Positions 26,461 to 40,498 of a stretch of DNA of 64,000 nucleotides are shown here, one piece after another. The stretch's first letter is position 1. Each line of letters starts with the position of its first letter. The position numbers and the translations under genes were made by a program. The stretch is from Rhizophagus irregularis. Its lineage: Eukaryota. Below the pieces are notes generated by a model that saw only the letters and a program-made list of their open reading frames with translations, was not told the DNA's origin and made no database searches. Location: positions 2,542,001 to 2,606,000 of the forward strand of contig NC_089436.1 of the NCBI RefSeq assembly GCF_026210795.1, read 5' to 3'.

Positions 26461-29400
26461 GTACATTGTATGTGCCGGACGGACATCAGAGTCCTTTGGA
26501 CTAATTTATTTGCCTACCTCTCGATCCCAATTTTTTTTTATTGTATTTTGCACTACATCAACATATCACGATACACAAAACATTTTTTACTTAAATCTTA
26601 AATAGTGATAAATCTTATTAAATCTTATTAAATCTTTTACTACAACATTTCTATTTCTTTGTAACCTATCTTCCGTTTCTTTATTGTATATTTTGACTAC
26701 ATCAAAATATCACGATACACAATTTGATAAAATGAAATTAGACGCTTGGTGAATTTGTGGAAAGTATGGAAAGTAATAGGACTTCTTTTTATTTTGTAAA
26801 TAAAATAAAAGTAGAAAAAAAGTTGTTTTGCAAGAAAAATGAAATAAAATAGATATATGTGACAAAGCTAATAATTTTTACGAACAAGTTAGTAAGACTT
26901 TTGTATATGTTATATATAATAATGTTGACATTTAAAAATGGGTTAAACAGTTAAAAATTTGTGATAAAGGGGATGTATTTTATTTACTGTACATTCTTCG
27001 CGTGGTTTCAATATTCGATACTAATAAGGTTATATTGAGATTTTTTGGTTGGCCATCTAAAAATTTGAATAAATACAGCGTGATTTAAGATCCATATTAC
27101 GTGTATTTTTTTTTACTACGTAAATTTGCTTAAATGAAAGTTTTGACATGACATATTGACTTTTACTGCATTTAATCTTTAAATTCTGATAAAGTAATCT
27201 ATTATTATTCATATTACTAAAACGACAATTTATATATCAAAATTGACGTTACCCGACATATAGAGGTGACAAATAGTGTTTTTATAGTAACTGAAAAAAA
27301 TCCCGAATAGGCGGTGAAAATGAAGGATGGAAAGTTGTAAAATTTCTAACTCTAAATCACTTACCTTAACCTCTTCGCTATCAACGTAACTATATATACC
27401 AGGCTACTATTAAACATAGTAGGTGGCTTTGTAAAATTCAGAGAAATTTCCTATAAGGAGAAAGCTATTATTAACCTCTTTAGTCTCTACTATATAATGG
27501 CGGTAATAATGGTGGTAAAGAGAACATACTTCAGTAAGGTGAATTTATTTTTTTTGTAAAAAAAAAATTATCTTTAAATCGTCCCATATTTTATTATGAA
27601 TTTATTCTTAACAATGATCTTATGATCACGTGGCTATTCTATTTTTTGCCAGATTATTTTTTTCCTGTATTCATTTCGCGGAAGTGCAAGATGAGACCAA
27701 ATCTAATTACACCTATTACGGTATTAAAGTTGTATTATTTTGTATGTATGTATGAGGAACTTAAAGAAATAACACTTTATTTATTTTTTTTATTTATTTT
27801 TTTATTAACTAATCTTATTCCTTTCCTCTCACCGTTACAATTTGCCGGGCACAGAAAAAAAAAATGCTAAACAAAATTCCAAATTTTCTTTTTGTTGAAT
27901 ATGAACTGAATGAATGATGAGATATATATATTTTTGGATCCTCGGAGATTATTTTTTACTGGTCTCCAACAGTATCGTTCGTGAGTTGAGAATCACGAGA
28001 GATGATTCTTCATGGCTAAAATTATCTGAATTTTTAATTTCTTGGATTCTTATGCAATACAATCTTTTCAGAAGTATTCATCTGTTTACATAATTCTTTG
28101 TTCAATACGATTGTGGCAATCGAATACAAGCTTTACCAAACTACCAGTATATGTCAACAGCAAAACAACCAAAATTACTGTTAGAAAGGCGCCCATTTAA
28201 TTATTGTTTTTGATAATCATATTCAACATTCAGCTATTTGAGAAAAATTCAAAATAATGGTTGTCTCTCTCGGTATCAGTTGGTAAATTTGTATATTTAA
28301 ATTACTGAATGTTTCAGTGGTGTAATTTACTTAACCGATTTACCGATTTATATTTATTTTATTTTATTTTATTTTTTTTTTTGCAGCTGAAATGATTTTT
28401 TTATTTAAATTTTATAATTTAAAAGTTAAAAAAAAAAACTTTTTAAAAATGCGATCGAACGATAAAAAAAATTATTTTATTGTAATACGAATTTTTCTGA
28501 CAAATTCGCTTTCTTTATTTTTAGAAGAGAATTCTCTAGAAATGGTCCTTTTCTTATTCGGTTTTGGCAATTAGGTATATTTTTGCAGCTTATTTTGATT
28601 GTTTCATTTTCACTTGTTTCTAACTAAATTTATTTTCTTAATTTTTATCGGTGATACGGCTCAGTATAGTTTCTAATTAAAACTGAAACCGAATAGATTG
28701 GTTTTGCCAAACTGAAACCGTACCAAACCCGAGACTCTCTCAATCTTAATAATTTATCCAAAAGCATTATCTTCCATTATTGGTAACAAGACCACATAAC
28801 CTTCCTTTATTGTAGACTGCACGAAGATCGTTATAAATCAAGTTACCTAAATAATCATAGTATGGTATTATGTATGCCATTTTAATCTGCAAATTACTCT
28901 CCACATTTAACACATTTATTATCGGCCGAGATTGTTCATGAAAAAGTAAATTTGGTAGTATTTTATAGGATATTTTTTTTTATGATACACAAGAGATATA
29001 TTACGATTTTCGATTGCATATTATTGTTTGATAATTTTGAAAAATTATTATGAAACAAATGATTCGAAAATGTTTATTGATAATAGATCACAATATGCAC
29101 TAAAAAAGAGAAGCAAGGAGAGAAGTCGTTCATTCGTTATTTATATTCATTATTATATGTTGAACATTTGTTATGTGAATGCATGAGTTTGGAATGGTTA
29201 ATTGCTACCCTATTTAATCAGGTTAACCCGGTTAATTTAACCGGATACTGTATTTAATAAATTTTGGAAACGCATATTTAGTAATTAGAAATTAATAATT
29301 CCGTTAATTATAATTGAGCATTTGGCAAAATTTATGCCAAGGGTTGAGTTGTGACAACGATCACATCATCAAAATTTTATTTTTGGTAATTTTACAGTTG

Positions 29401-30137
29401 TTCTAAACTAAGTGCTTATAACATGGGAAAATTGCGCGTTTTATAAATAAAAAAAAAAAGCTGCAATGTGATTGATCAATTATTTCTTTAAATTAATTAC
29501 GAAATATTTTCTGCGCAGTCTTTCTTATAAGATAATTTAGCATTACAGTCCGAAAGTTATCAGATAATGTGTATACAGTATATATATATGGTTTTAAATT
29601 CCTTTCGAGTATTTTCTTCCGCTTTCAAACCAGCATAAATTTCTTGTATTGTTTAAGCCAAGACTCGTACAATATTTTTTTCCTAAGTTCTAAACCTTTT
29701 CTCGATTATAAGTTGGTTTCACTAAGTCTATTGCTTTCTTCGTTTGTCATTGTTCATCTCTCCACTATACGTAGCGTTTGTTTCTTCTTCACTTGTTCAA
29801 TATTCTTAAACAATGTCTCGTGTTCGTTTTCGACTCTAACCAAATCATCACGTATTTATTCTAGACCTTATGGCTTCATTAGGTTTTTAATTTCAACCAT
29901 TTCGCGTCGAAACTTGGCTAATTGCTCTTTACTCTTTAAAATCCCTGTACGCGACCTACTCTTTCAGTTCGTTATCATTATAGACGAAATCATAATATGT
30001 ACATTTATTATTTACATTTTTTAAAATATGTTACATTAAAAAATGAATTGTATTGCGAAATTATATCCCCTGAGTAGTAAACCTTTTCCAGTAAAATTAT
30101 GTACTACGGGATTAATGCCATTATCTGGCAATGCTAA

Positions 30138-32586
30138 TCACCATCTAGCATCATCTGGTAATTCTAAATCATCATCTATATCTAAATTTTTCTCGGGAAG
30201 TAAACCTAATGAATTTACGTCAAACATACAACGAATAGAATTATACAATTCTTCCAACATATCCAATAATTTCGTAAAAGAGGAAATACGTTCTTGTGGG
30301 TCTTGCTTCCAAGCTATAGTATTTATAAATTAAAATGTATATTTTAAGTACATCATACTCAATAAAAATATATAATGAAGATTCTTTAAACAAAATACTT
30401 ACTTTCGTTTATAATATTTTCACAGCCTTTTTGATAAATTTCAGGAGCTTCAGCTCCAAATAAAATTCTCTCTCTACCACCATTAATAATATGATCCTTA
30501 ATTTTTTCTACTTTCCAACCTTTATATGGAACTTTTTCAAAAATAAGTTCCCAAATTAACATACCAAAACTAAAAATTTCACCCTGAGTTGTATATTGGG
30601 AATCAGTTAATTTTTCAGGAGCTATCCAACGCAATATATTTCCCGCTTCTTCTACCGAAGGATCTGTAACATTATTATCACCAGAATAACGTGCTGACTC
30701 AAAATTATAAATTTTGGGTTCTAAACTTTCTGTCATTAAGATATTTTGACATTTCAGGTCATTATGTAAAATACCATCCTCTTGTAAAAATGTGAGTCCA
30801 CGACAGATTCCAAGTGCAATCCGGACCTTACAATGCCATAAGATATTTTTTTTTAAATAAAGTTGTCTTAAATTTCCAAGTTCAGCCCATTCAAAGATCA
30901 TAACATTATGATTTTCAATTGTCGAAATACCGTAAAATCTTAGAATATATTTACACTCAGATAATTTCATTAAAATTTCAAGAAGTCTTTGTGATTTTGA
31001 ACTCGTTTTAATTTCTTCTTTGTTAGTTGATATGGATTTACAAGCTACTTCTTGTCCCTTATAAATTTTTTTAACTACAAATTTACCACGCCGGTCATCA
31101 GGTTTTCTTATTTTAGGATTAGTTAAATCTTTTGAATCAACCTTATTTACACGAAGTAAAGTCTTTTTATATGTGAGTTTGGTGATTAATTGATCAAGAA
31201 TTAAAGCAACTTCTCGAATATTTGGACGTTCATCTGGTTCATAATTCCAACAGTCTAAATTAAAAAAAATCGATAAATCAATATATTAGACTTTATAATA
31301 TTTAAACTTGGAAAATCAATTGCATAATTAGACGTAGGTAGCTGAACTGTTTCTTGCTCGTAATCTTTATCCAAAGATTGAAAAGCATTTTATCATCGAG
31401 CAAAATGTTGCAAGATGTAACGCTCTTGTCCTTGGTGATAATTGAGATCTCATTACTGAGCGCAGTAGCTTATACCATCTAACAACAAATCTTTACAATG
31501 AAAACATCAAATTACCTGTATACAAGTCACTGTATTCTACAGGGGTGCCATTGATAGTTTTTTCTCTTTCTCCGTTTATTATCTCTGAGCTTAACCTTAT
31601 ATTATAACTAATTTTTTCAAATGGTTTACGTCCACTTGAAATTTGCCACATTATAACTCCAACACTATATACATCGGATTTCTTATCTAATTTATAATTT
31701 TTGTTATCGAAGCATTTCGGGTCTATATATGGTATTACACCAATTACACTACTAGTTTCATTAGATATTTCATTAGATATTTGTTTCGATAAACCAAAAT
31801 CCGCTAGTTTGATATTTTTTTGATGTATAAGTATATTGTTTGCATGCTGTTAAATTAAAAAGAATTAATTTAATTAGTTAAATTGCAAAAAATAAAATCA
31901 ATTACATATTAAATATTACCAGATCACAATGAATGATATTATTATCGTGCAAATGTGACACAGCATTTGCTAATTGCAAAGCTAATCTAAATTTATCATT
32001 CCAATCAAGTTCATTAAAATGGTCGTTCAAATACGTGTTTAGTGTGCCACTATCAGCATATTCTAATACTAGACAATATTGATAAGCTGCATCTATAAAA
32101 AAATAAATAAAAAAAAGTTATTTCATGTAGTAAAAGAATGAAAGAAAGAATTAATTTGTCATACCGTTATCTGTTTTTGTGTATCCGTAGAACCGCAGAA
32201 TATTTTCGTGATGAACAAGCATGTGTAATTTTAACTAAATCATTTCAAACTGGATTGTATTAGAATTTATATATTACAATCGAAAGTATAATTATAATTA
32301 ATACCTCTCTAACGATAAGAGTTGTCCTATCGCTATAAAAAGATTTCAAAGCAAAAATTTGATTTTTCCGAGTAGCACATGATACAATTCCGTAGGAACC
32401 CCTGCCTATTATTTGAACGGATTTGAAGTCCGAATAATCATATTTTTTACCTATTGATTCTAACCAATTGGTTGACTCCTTATACTTTGAAAATTTTTTT
32501 GGCAACGTCTTCTTTAGCAAACACTTGCTGGATTTTATTTGTTTTTTAAAAGACTTGAAAAGTGTCATTTTCAGTTTAAGTTTCAT
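30138..32586 (-). CDS. C: chimeric kinase-pseudokinase (B-type kinase fused to A-type NFE pseudokinase; no MLKL-like N-terminus, no Sel1), 6 exons, ~627 aa
   Basis: complement(32305-32586, 32165-32234, 31920-32092, 31516-31846, 30403-31254, 30138-30313). Domain 1: GRGSYG, FALK, HCDLHANN, DFG. Junction within exon 5: [10 protein letters not shown]...[12 protein letters not shown]...GQEVACK. Domain 2: [15 protein letters not shown]. Stop follows [12 protein letters not shown]. Confidence 0.8.
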
Positions 32587-33209
32587 TTTTGAGAATCTTC
32601 GTATATTTATAGAAGTCGTCTAAGAAACACCGAAACACCGGAATTTGACTCCCGTTGTTATGTATAAATATTTATTTTTGGAGGATTGTTTCATTTATTT
32701 ATATGGAAATTCATATACACATGATTTCACACGAAGGGTGTTACAGATTTCCTAAAATGTTAAAATAATAAGGGATAAATCGGAATCCATTACATTCTTT
32801 CTAGAAGAATAACGTAATGCGTGACAAACAATCCAACTATACAATTAGTGGAAATTGATCAGCAGCATGCTGAAACTGAGTGAGAAATTATAATTTTTTT
32901 TTTTATATTTTGATAGTTATATAAAATTTTAAACTTTGAGGCGATAAGAATGCTAATCTGTTGACCCCTGTTTATTTATTTATCATGTACTAAAAACAAT
33001 TAGGATCATCATATCTGCATTTTTATTAGCAATAAATGATCATCTGATTTTATTTGTTGAACGAAGGATGAAAATGGAATATACAAATACAAATATAACC
33101 AAAATAAAAAATAAATTAATAGTTATAATAGGAATAATACGGTAATAGCTACGAAGATACTAATATAAAAATAATAAAGTAATTTTATATATGACTATTT
33201 CTATTTGTA

Positions 33210-34484
33210 CACTAGTGTGCGAAACACGTATCACGTGAACATATAAAATTTTTATTGGCTAATTTTTCGATTTTATTAATTTAATTAATCAATAAAAATT
33301 GACTTTATTAAATCACATTACATAATGTTTTGATACAAAGGTGTTATAATACATAAGGAAAGAACAAAAAAAAAAATACAATAAGGAAGGATAAAGTGAA
33401 AGATCAAGGGAAAATAAAGGAAAGAAAGATCATAAATTAAAAAGATGGAGATGAACTAAAAGGAAAGTGATGATAAAAACGAAATACAATGAAAATGATG
33501 GTGAAAAATGAAATACAACGAAAGGTGATGATGAAAAACGAAATACAATGAAAAGTAATGATGAAAAGCGAAAGGTAATGAAAAATGATGATGAAAAACA
33601 AAATACAACGAAAGGTGATGATGAAAAAAGAAATACAACGAAAGGTGATGATGAAAAACGAAATAAAACGAAAGATGATGATGAAAAACGAAATACAATG
33701 AAAAGTAATGATGAAAAATGAAATGCAACGAAAGGTAATGATTAAAAACGAAATACAACGAAAAGTGATGATGAAAGGTGATGATGTAAAACGAAATATA
33801 ACGAAAATTAGTTATTAAGAACGAAATATAACGATGACAAATGAAATTGATGATGAAAAACGAAACATAGTGAAAATTGGTGAAAAACGAAATGTAACGA
33901 AATTTGATGATAAAAAATGAAAGATGACGAAAAAGAGATAGATAAACAATAAAGGATGAAGGGAAATGAAAATGAATGAAAAATAATAAAATAAATGAAA
34001 AGGGATAAAGGAAATAACAGGTAAATGAAAAGAAACAAAGGAAAACGAAAATAAACAAAAAAAAAATAATGAAACAAAGGAAATGAAAATAAATAAAAGG
34101 AAAAAATAAGTGAAAAAAATAAAGGAAGAACCGAAATATCCACCCATAATAAAAGGAAAAAAGGAACTGGTTAATATTGTCTTAAAGCAGTCAGCAAAAA
34201 AATATAAAATAACTGAATGAAAAGGACTCACCTTGAATTTCTGCTGAAATGAAAACTGAAAACAGTCGCGCCTAAAAAAGAAATGAACGAGTTACAAAAG
34301 AAAGGAAAATAGAAGTGAAAAAAAAATAAAAAAGAAAAGGAAGAAAAGACTTACCTACTGTATTTGAATCCCAAAGCTAAATTACAAAAAATTCGAATAT
34401 CAGTGGCGTGAAATTTTCGAAAATAAAAATGGGTGTAAGTGTGTAACATAGGTGAACACATGACTTGTGTTTCGCACACTAGTG
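33210..34484. mobile_element. Non-autonomous CACTA-type element with purine-rich interior and 30-bp tandem repeats
   Basis: TIR CACTAGTGTGCGAAACAC / GTGTTTCGCACACTAGTG with TA on both flanks. Internal GATGATGAAAAACGAAATACAACGAAAG-like ~30-bp repeats at ~33470-33900. Confidence 0.8.
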
Positions 34485-34723
34485 TAAATTAAGCTAAAGT
34501 GGCAAGAAATAGTGCTCAAATTCATATAATTGTATAAAAAGGGTTCGAAGCCACTTTATAATTCCACAAATCTAGTAATATTACGATATGCTTTTAGAAT
34601 AGGTGTCTAAGTTTATTAACAAAATTTAATAATCAGTCGTTTATATCAATAGATTTATCAAAAAAATTGACAATTCCAAAATTATAGTCACGTGGTTAAA
34701 AGGTAGTCATTGTGCAGATAATA

Positions 34724-34997
34724 TAGTGTTTGGAATCATGTAACAGTTATTCGAATAACTCGAGTATATTCGAGTATTTGAATAAGCATAGTGGTTATTC
34801 GAGTATTCATTTAGCCAGATATAGTATAGTTAAAATTCTAATTGGGCATTAAATCCTTAAATTTAACTGAGTTAAAATCATAATTCAGGCTAAAAAATTA
34901 TGTAAATCATTACTATAAAAGGAAATTTAACTGAATACACTATATAAATTTAAATGAATACTCGAGTATATTCGAATATATTCGATTCCAAACACTA
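34724..34997. mobile_element. hAT-type MITE 44 bp downstream of the A2 stop
   Basis: TIR TAGTGTTTGGAATC / GATTCCAAACACTA; 8-bp TSD AGATAATA. Confidence 0.85.
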
Positions 34998-35041
34998 AGA
35001 TAATATAAAGTTTTTTATTAATGTATAATACGATCATAGTC

Positions 35042-37168
35042 TTATGAACACTTGTTAATATCATAAACATCTACTTTTAACTGATTCAATAATTTAGTTG
35101 CTTTAGAATTATCCTGTAGAGCAGCCTTTATTAGCCATTTGATTCCCTCATTTTCGTCCTTTGGGATATTACATTTTCCTTTATAATATATATCTCCTAA
35201 ATTAAATTGTGCGACAGGATTATTTCCTTCATCAGCTGCTTTTTTGAGATATTCCAAAAATATTTGTTGATTATTTTCTTCCTCAAGATCATTTAATAAA
35301 GTAAAAGCGTAACGTAGCTGAGCATCAGAATTCCCCTCATCTGCAGCTTCTTTAAGTAGTTTTTTACCTTCTTCTTCCCGTTCTTGAATATCGTCAAGAT
35401 ATCCTTCCCACAAATAACGACCTTTCCAATATTTTGCTACTATACTATTATTTTCTGCATGAAAGTCGAAGCATTCCCATGCCTTTTGGTGATCCTTATC
35501 TTTAAAAGCTTGTATACCTTCTTCTATTGAAATTACTGGTTTAATAGGACTAACGTTCTTATCCGTTAATCCTAGATCAGCATCACTTGTTTCTTTTGAT
35601 CCACTTAACTCTAACTTATCAGGAAGAATATCTAATGAATTGTTGTCTGCAATACGAATGGAATTGTATAATCCTTCTAACATATCCAATAATTTCATAA
35701 AGGAAATACGTTCTTGTGGTTCTTGTTTCCAAGCTGTAGATATAAAAAATTTAAAATGTACAATTTTTAGTGTGGACCTTATAGTAAAAGTATAAATGCG
35801 TTATAACGCAGAGATATTTTAAAGAAATTACTTACTGTCATTTATAATTTTTTTATATTCTTCTTGACATATTTTAGGAGTTGAAGACTCAAATGTAATT
35901 CTTTCTCTGTGACCTTCAGCAATATGCTCCACAATTTTTTTTGCTTCCCAACCTTGATATGGAATTTTTTCAAAAACAAGCTCCCAAAGTAACATACCAA
36001 AACTAAAAATTTCACATTGGGTTGTGTATCGAGAACCGGTTAATTTTTCAGGAGCTAACCAAGGAATTATGTCTCCAGCAGCGGTTACATCTATCGGTAA
36101 TGAAGTAGTATTTTTATCAGAATAATTTGCTAACTCAAAATTATATATTTTAGGTTCTAAATTTTCTGTTATTAAAATATTTTCACATTTCAGGTCGTGA
36201 TGCAAAATATCAGCGTATTGTAAAAAAATAAGGCCACGACAAATTTCAAGAGCAATTCGAACCTTATAATGCCATAAGATGTGTTTTTTTAAATATAGTT
36301 GTCTCAAAGTTCCACGTTCAGCCCATTCAAAAACCATAACATTGTTATTTTCAATTATTGAAACACCATAAAATCTAAGAATGTGCTTACATTCAGATAA
36401 TTTTACTAAAATTTCAAAAAGTCTTTGTGTTTTTAAACACGTTTTGGATTTACAAGCTACCTCTAGTCCTTTATAAATTTTCCTAATTATAAAGTTAGGG
36501 CCTTTACCACGTTTGTCATCAGATTTTACTCGTAAGGGAGATGTTAAATCTTTTGATTCAATTTTATTAACGTAATATAAAGGTTTTTCATCATCTAAAT
36601 GCTTCTTCATATGTTTTACCATATCATGAATAATGTTGGCTTTATCGTTATTATCAAGAATATCGGTACGTATTTTTTCAAGATATTTTGACATTTCGGC
36701 AAGATCTTCCTTTAAAGCTTCGTCGTCAATTTTTTTTTGTTCTTCGTTAGCAATTGCCATAGTAAAATGTAAATCTTTCATTGCAATGTCATAATCATGC
36801 GTAAGTTTTTGAAACTTTTCTTTAACAGAATATGCATTTGTATATTTTCTAAAACCATGAATATTTGTGATATCCGCAGCAAATTCTTTAATTTCTTCTA
36901 AAACATAAATGAACCTGTTAAAAGCTTTATAATACTCATCATCACAAAGTTTATCCTCATTTCTTTGTTTTCTACGTTGTAATGTTTCAATAGCATTCTC
37001 AGTTAATTTCACTCGGCCTACTAGAGTTTCGCAAATGTTTTTGTTATATTCTGCCGTTTTATATATGTCTATAATTTTTTCAACTAAATCTGTAGCTACT
37101 TTAATTAAGGGCATATATGGACTAATAGCTTCTCCAGCGGCCCTTATAGTCTTTATAGTCTCTTCCAT
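35042..37168 (-). CDS. A2: MLKL-like domain + pseudokinase + Sel1-like repeats (~674 aa)
   Basis: complement(35836-37168, 35042-35733); ATG at 37168 (the ORF-track start is a GTG). VACK, HHDLKCEN, YNFE, APE; same intron position as A1. Confidence 0.85.
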
Positions 37169-37976
37169 TATGACAGAAGTAGTTGAATTTTTTAACACGG
37201 ATGTTTTAATTATAATAAAACTATCTTTTATATTTTTTGCGTAGCGATAAAAGTCAAATTTTTATCGAATACAAAAAGTATATTGCTTTGTCATATTGAA
37301 TTTTCCCTTTTTATTCGGTCATACATAAATACTTTCACATGGAAAATTTTCTCCGATTATAATCCGTTGCCGATCGATTTTATTTTTTGATTTTTACTAA
37401 AAAAAATTACTTTATTTCTTTGATAATTTTCCTTTTTTGTAAATTTGGATTAAAATTAATAACGAGAATCCGTATTAACATTCTTGATGGAATGTAATAT
37501 GTCTGTATACTTTTACAAAAGATAGAAAATCCAAAACGAAAATCGATTTTTGGTTTCACAGTTGTCACTATCACATTGAAAAATTAGATTTTCTATTGTA
37601 TTTCAATTTTTTTTTTTTTTTACACAAAATCCAAGAAAGGGTTTCACAGCGGAGTTTTGTACTGACAAACCTGGAGAATTTCCTCCGCGATCAACCTTAT
37701 CAGTTACAGATTTATTTCGTGTAATAAGAACATTTTTAGCAAAGCTTTCATCGTTTATTATTTTGGATGAATTACTTTTATTTCAGTTTCTTTTTTTATT
37801 TTGTGATATGCATCAAATTTAGAATCCAATGAACACGAAAAATAACATCAAAATAAGGGATGTCTGAATGAATTCACGTGATAGTCAAATCGAATGAAAC
37901 CTAATTTATAATGGGCGTTAAAAAAAACAAAAAATAAAAAAAGCTCAAATTCTATACGAATCCGAAAACTGAAGAA

Positions 37977-40498
37977 ATGTCTCAAATAAAATTAACAAGT
38001 CCTTTAACTTCCAAAATAGCTTTCAAATCAATATTTACTAATAGGCGAAAACCAAGTATAGAAAAAAAAGATACCAATAATACAGAGAAAGTCGATCGGT
38101 TAGAAACTTTTATTAACGAAAATAAAATCAATTGCTATGCATATTCGGACTTTAAATCTGTTCAACAGATCAACAGAGAAACTTCCTTCATAAAACGCGC
38201 TATTTTAAATGATGAATTTTTCGTTTTGAAATCCTTTAATAATGATGATGAAACTATTCGCCAAATCGTTTGTGAGGTACATTTGTTCTGAGCTCCGATT
38301 AAATAATGGTCAATTTATTTTATTAATACTTTTACATATATCAGTTAGAATCGCTACGTACTATTATTCATGAAAATATTCTAAAATTCCACGGAATAAT
38401 AAGGATAGAAGACGGTACGATAAAAAAAAATTAATAAATTATATCCTAACCACCGATGGTGTTCAGGTTCATTAAACAAACTTACTTTTTTTTCAGGCTT
38501 ACCCAATATGTATAAACATATTTTGGTTTTGGAGTATGCTAATAATGGTTCATTAAGTGCTTATTTAAGAGAACAAATTAATAAACTTGATTGGAAAAAT
38601 AAACTTAGCTTAGCTTTACAATTAGCGAAAGCGGTTTCATATTTACATGACAATGATATTATTCATCGTGATCTGGTAACATTTATTCAATTTTTATAAA
38701 TTGATTATTTAATGCAAATAATATTGAATTTCTTTTTTAACAAAAAATAGCAAGCCAATGAAATACTTATACATCAGAAAAGTATTAAACTTGCAGCTTT
38801 TGGTTTGCCATCAGTAGTAACTAAAGATACACTATCTTTATTTGATACTATACCTTATATGGATCCTATAAATTTCGATTGTATAGAAAATTGTGAATTA
38901 GATAAACGTTCTAATGTGTACAGTATTGGCGTACTTTTATGGCAAATTACAAGCGGTCGTAAACCATTTTATACTGAGAGGCCTGATGTGGAATTAGCAA
39001 AAGCTATATTTCGTGGAAGGAGAGAAGAAACCGTTATGGGAACTCCAATGGAATATAGTAGATTATATAAAGGTAACAATATTTAATTCACTCTCTAACT
39101 AAAAATTCTAACATAATAATTTATTTATTTATTTAGAATGCTGGAATCATGAACCAAATAAACGACCAGACATGAAACGAATTGTTTCAAATCTTAATCA
39201 GTTATTATTAGCTGAAAACTCATCACCTACTAATTCTCAAAAAGAAAAGAAAGACGATGCAACTAAATGGGTTGAAAATGTCTTGAAAAATAAAAAAGTT
39301 GATTTCATACCTTTAAATGATTTGAAAGATCCAGAGCCACTTGGTAAAGGGGGTTTTGGATATATTAAGAAAGCAATATGGACCAGAACTGGAAAATATG
39401 TTGTCTATAAAAGATTAATTAATACAGATGCTGTCAAATACAATACGTTGGATGCATTTATTCATGAATTGAAAATACATTTACATCTATCTATTTATAG
39501 CGATAGAATTGTACGTTGCTTAGGCATTAGCCAAGGTAATTAAATAAATATTTTTAACTTTAAAAATATTTAATTATCCTAAAATAATTTTTCCTTTTTT
39601 TAGATGATATAACACAAGAGTATTTGCTTGTTACACAATTTGCTGATGGTGGAGACCTTCGAAATTATCTCAAGAAAAATTCTAAGAATTTAACTTGGGA
39701 GGACAAGAAAAGATTAGCATATCAAATTGCAGATGGGCTAAATTATCTGCACAATGAACAAGTTTTACATAAAGATTTAGTGAGCACCTTTTTTTTATAT
39801 ATTATTTGATTATTTAATTATTTATTGTTAATTAATTATTTTATTCTAGCATTCCAAAAATATAGTTATCCATGAAAATAATGCTAAAATTATTGATTTT
39901 GGTATTTCAAAAATTCAAGATCGAACATCTGCAAGTTATACACGTGGCCGTGGTATTATTGCCTACGTAGATCCTAAACGTCTTTTGGATCCAAATTCTT
40001 CATATACTACAGCTTCAGATATTTATAGTTTAGGTGTATTAATGTGGGAAATTTCCAGTGGGTATCCTCCCTTTAAAAATAGTAGTTTTAGCGAAGGTGA
40101 TCAAGCTGCATTGAGTGCTTCTATTTGTAATGGGAATCGGGAAAAAACAATTCCTGGTACTCCTGAGAAATATGGAGAACTTTATAGAAGTTGTTGGAAT
40201 CATGAACCTAATGAAAGGCCAACTATGAATAAAATACTCGATGAATTTGTAAAATGGGGGTTTGGAGTTAATTCTGGCAAAAAAAATAAATTTATACAAG
40301 GTAACGTGTGTGCACATTACTTTATTGTTCTTAAATATTATTTAATTAATACTATTTAAATCATGCAGAATCTACGGATGATGACGATGACGACGATGAT
40401 AACGATTTAGTCGGTAAGTATATTTCTTTTTGTTTGTATTTTAAAGATTTAAATTTAAATATTTATTTAATTATTTAACCATTTTAGTTAAGACTTAA
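37977..40498 (+). CDS. B2: tandem kinase (pseudokinase + intact non-RD kinase), 9 exons, ~650 aa
   Basis: Exons 37977-38276, 38345-38414, 38497-38675, 38751-39072, 39137-39535, 39604-39779, 39850-40300, 40369-40413, 40488-40498. Domain 1: no Gly-loop, HRDLQANE, AFG. Domain 2: GKGGFG, VVYK, HKDLHSKN, DFG. Acidic tail; intron pattern identical to B1. Confidence 0.85.

Noticed and set aside
33456..34231. Phe/His-rich 'membrane protein' ORFs
   Set aside because: Stop-poor pyrimidine strand of a low-complexity TE interior.
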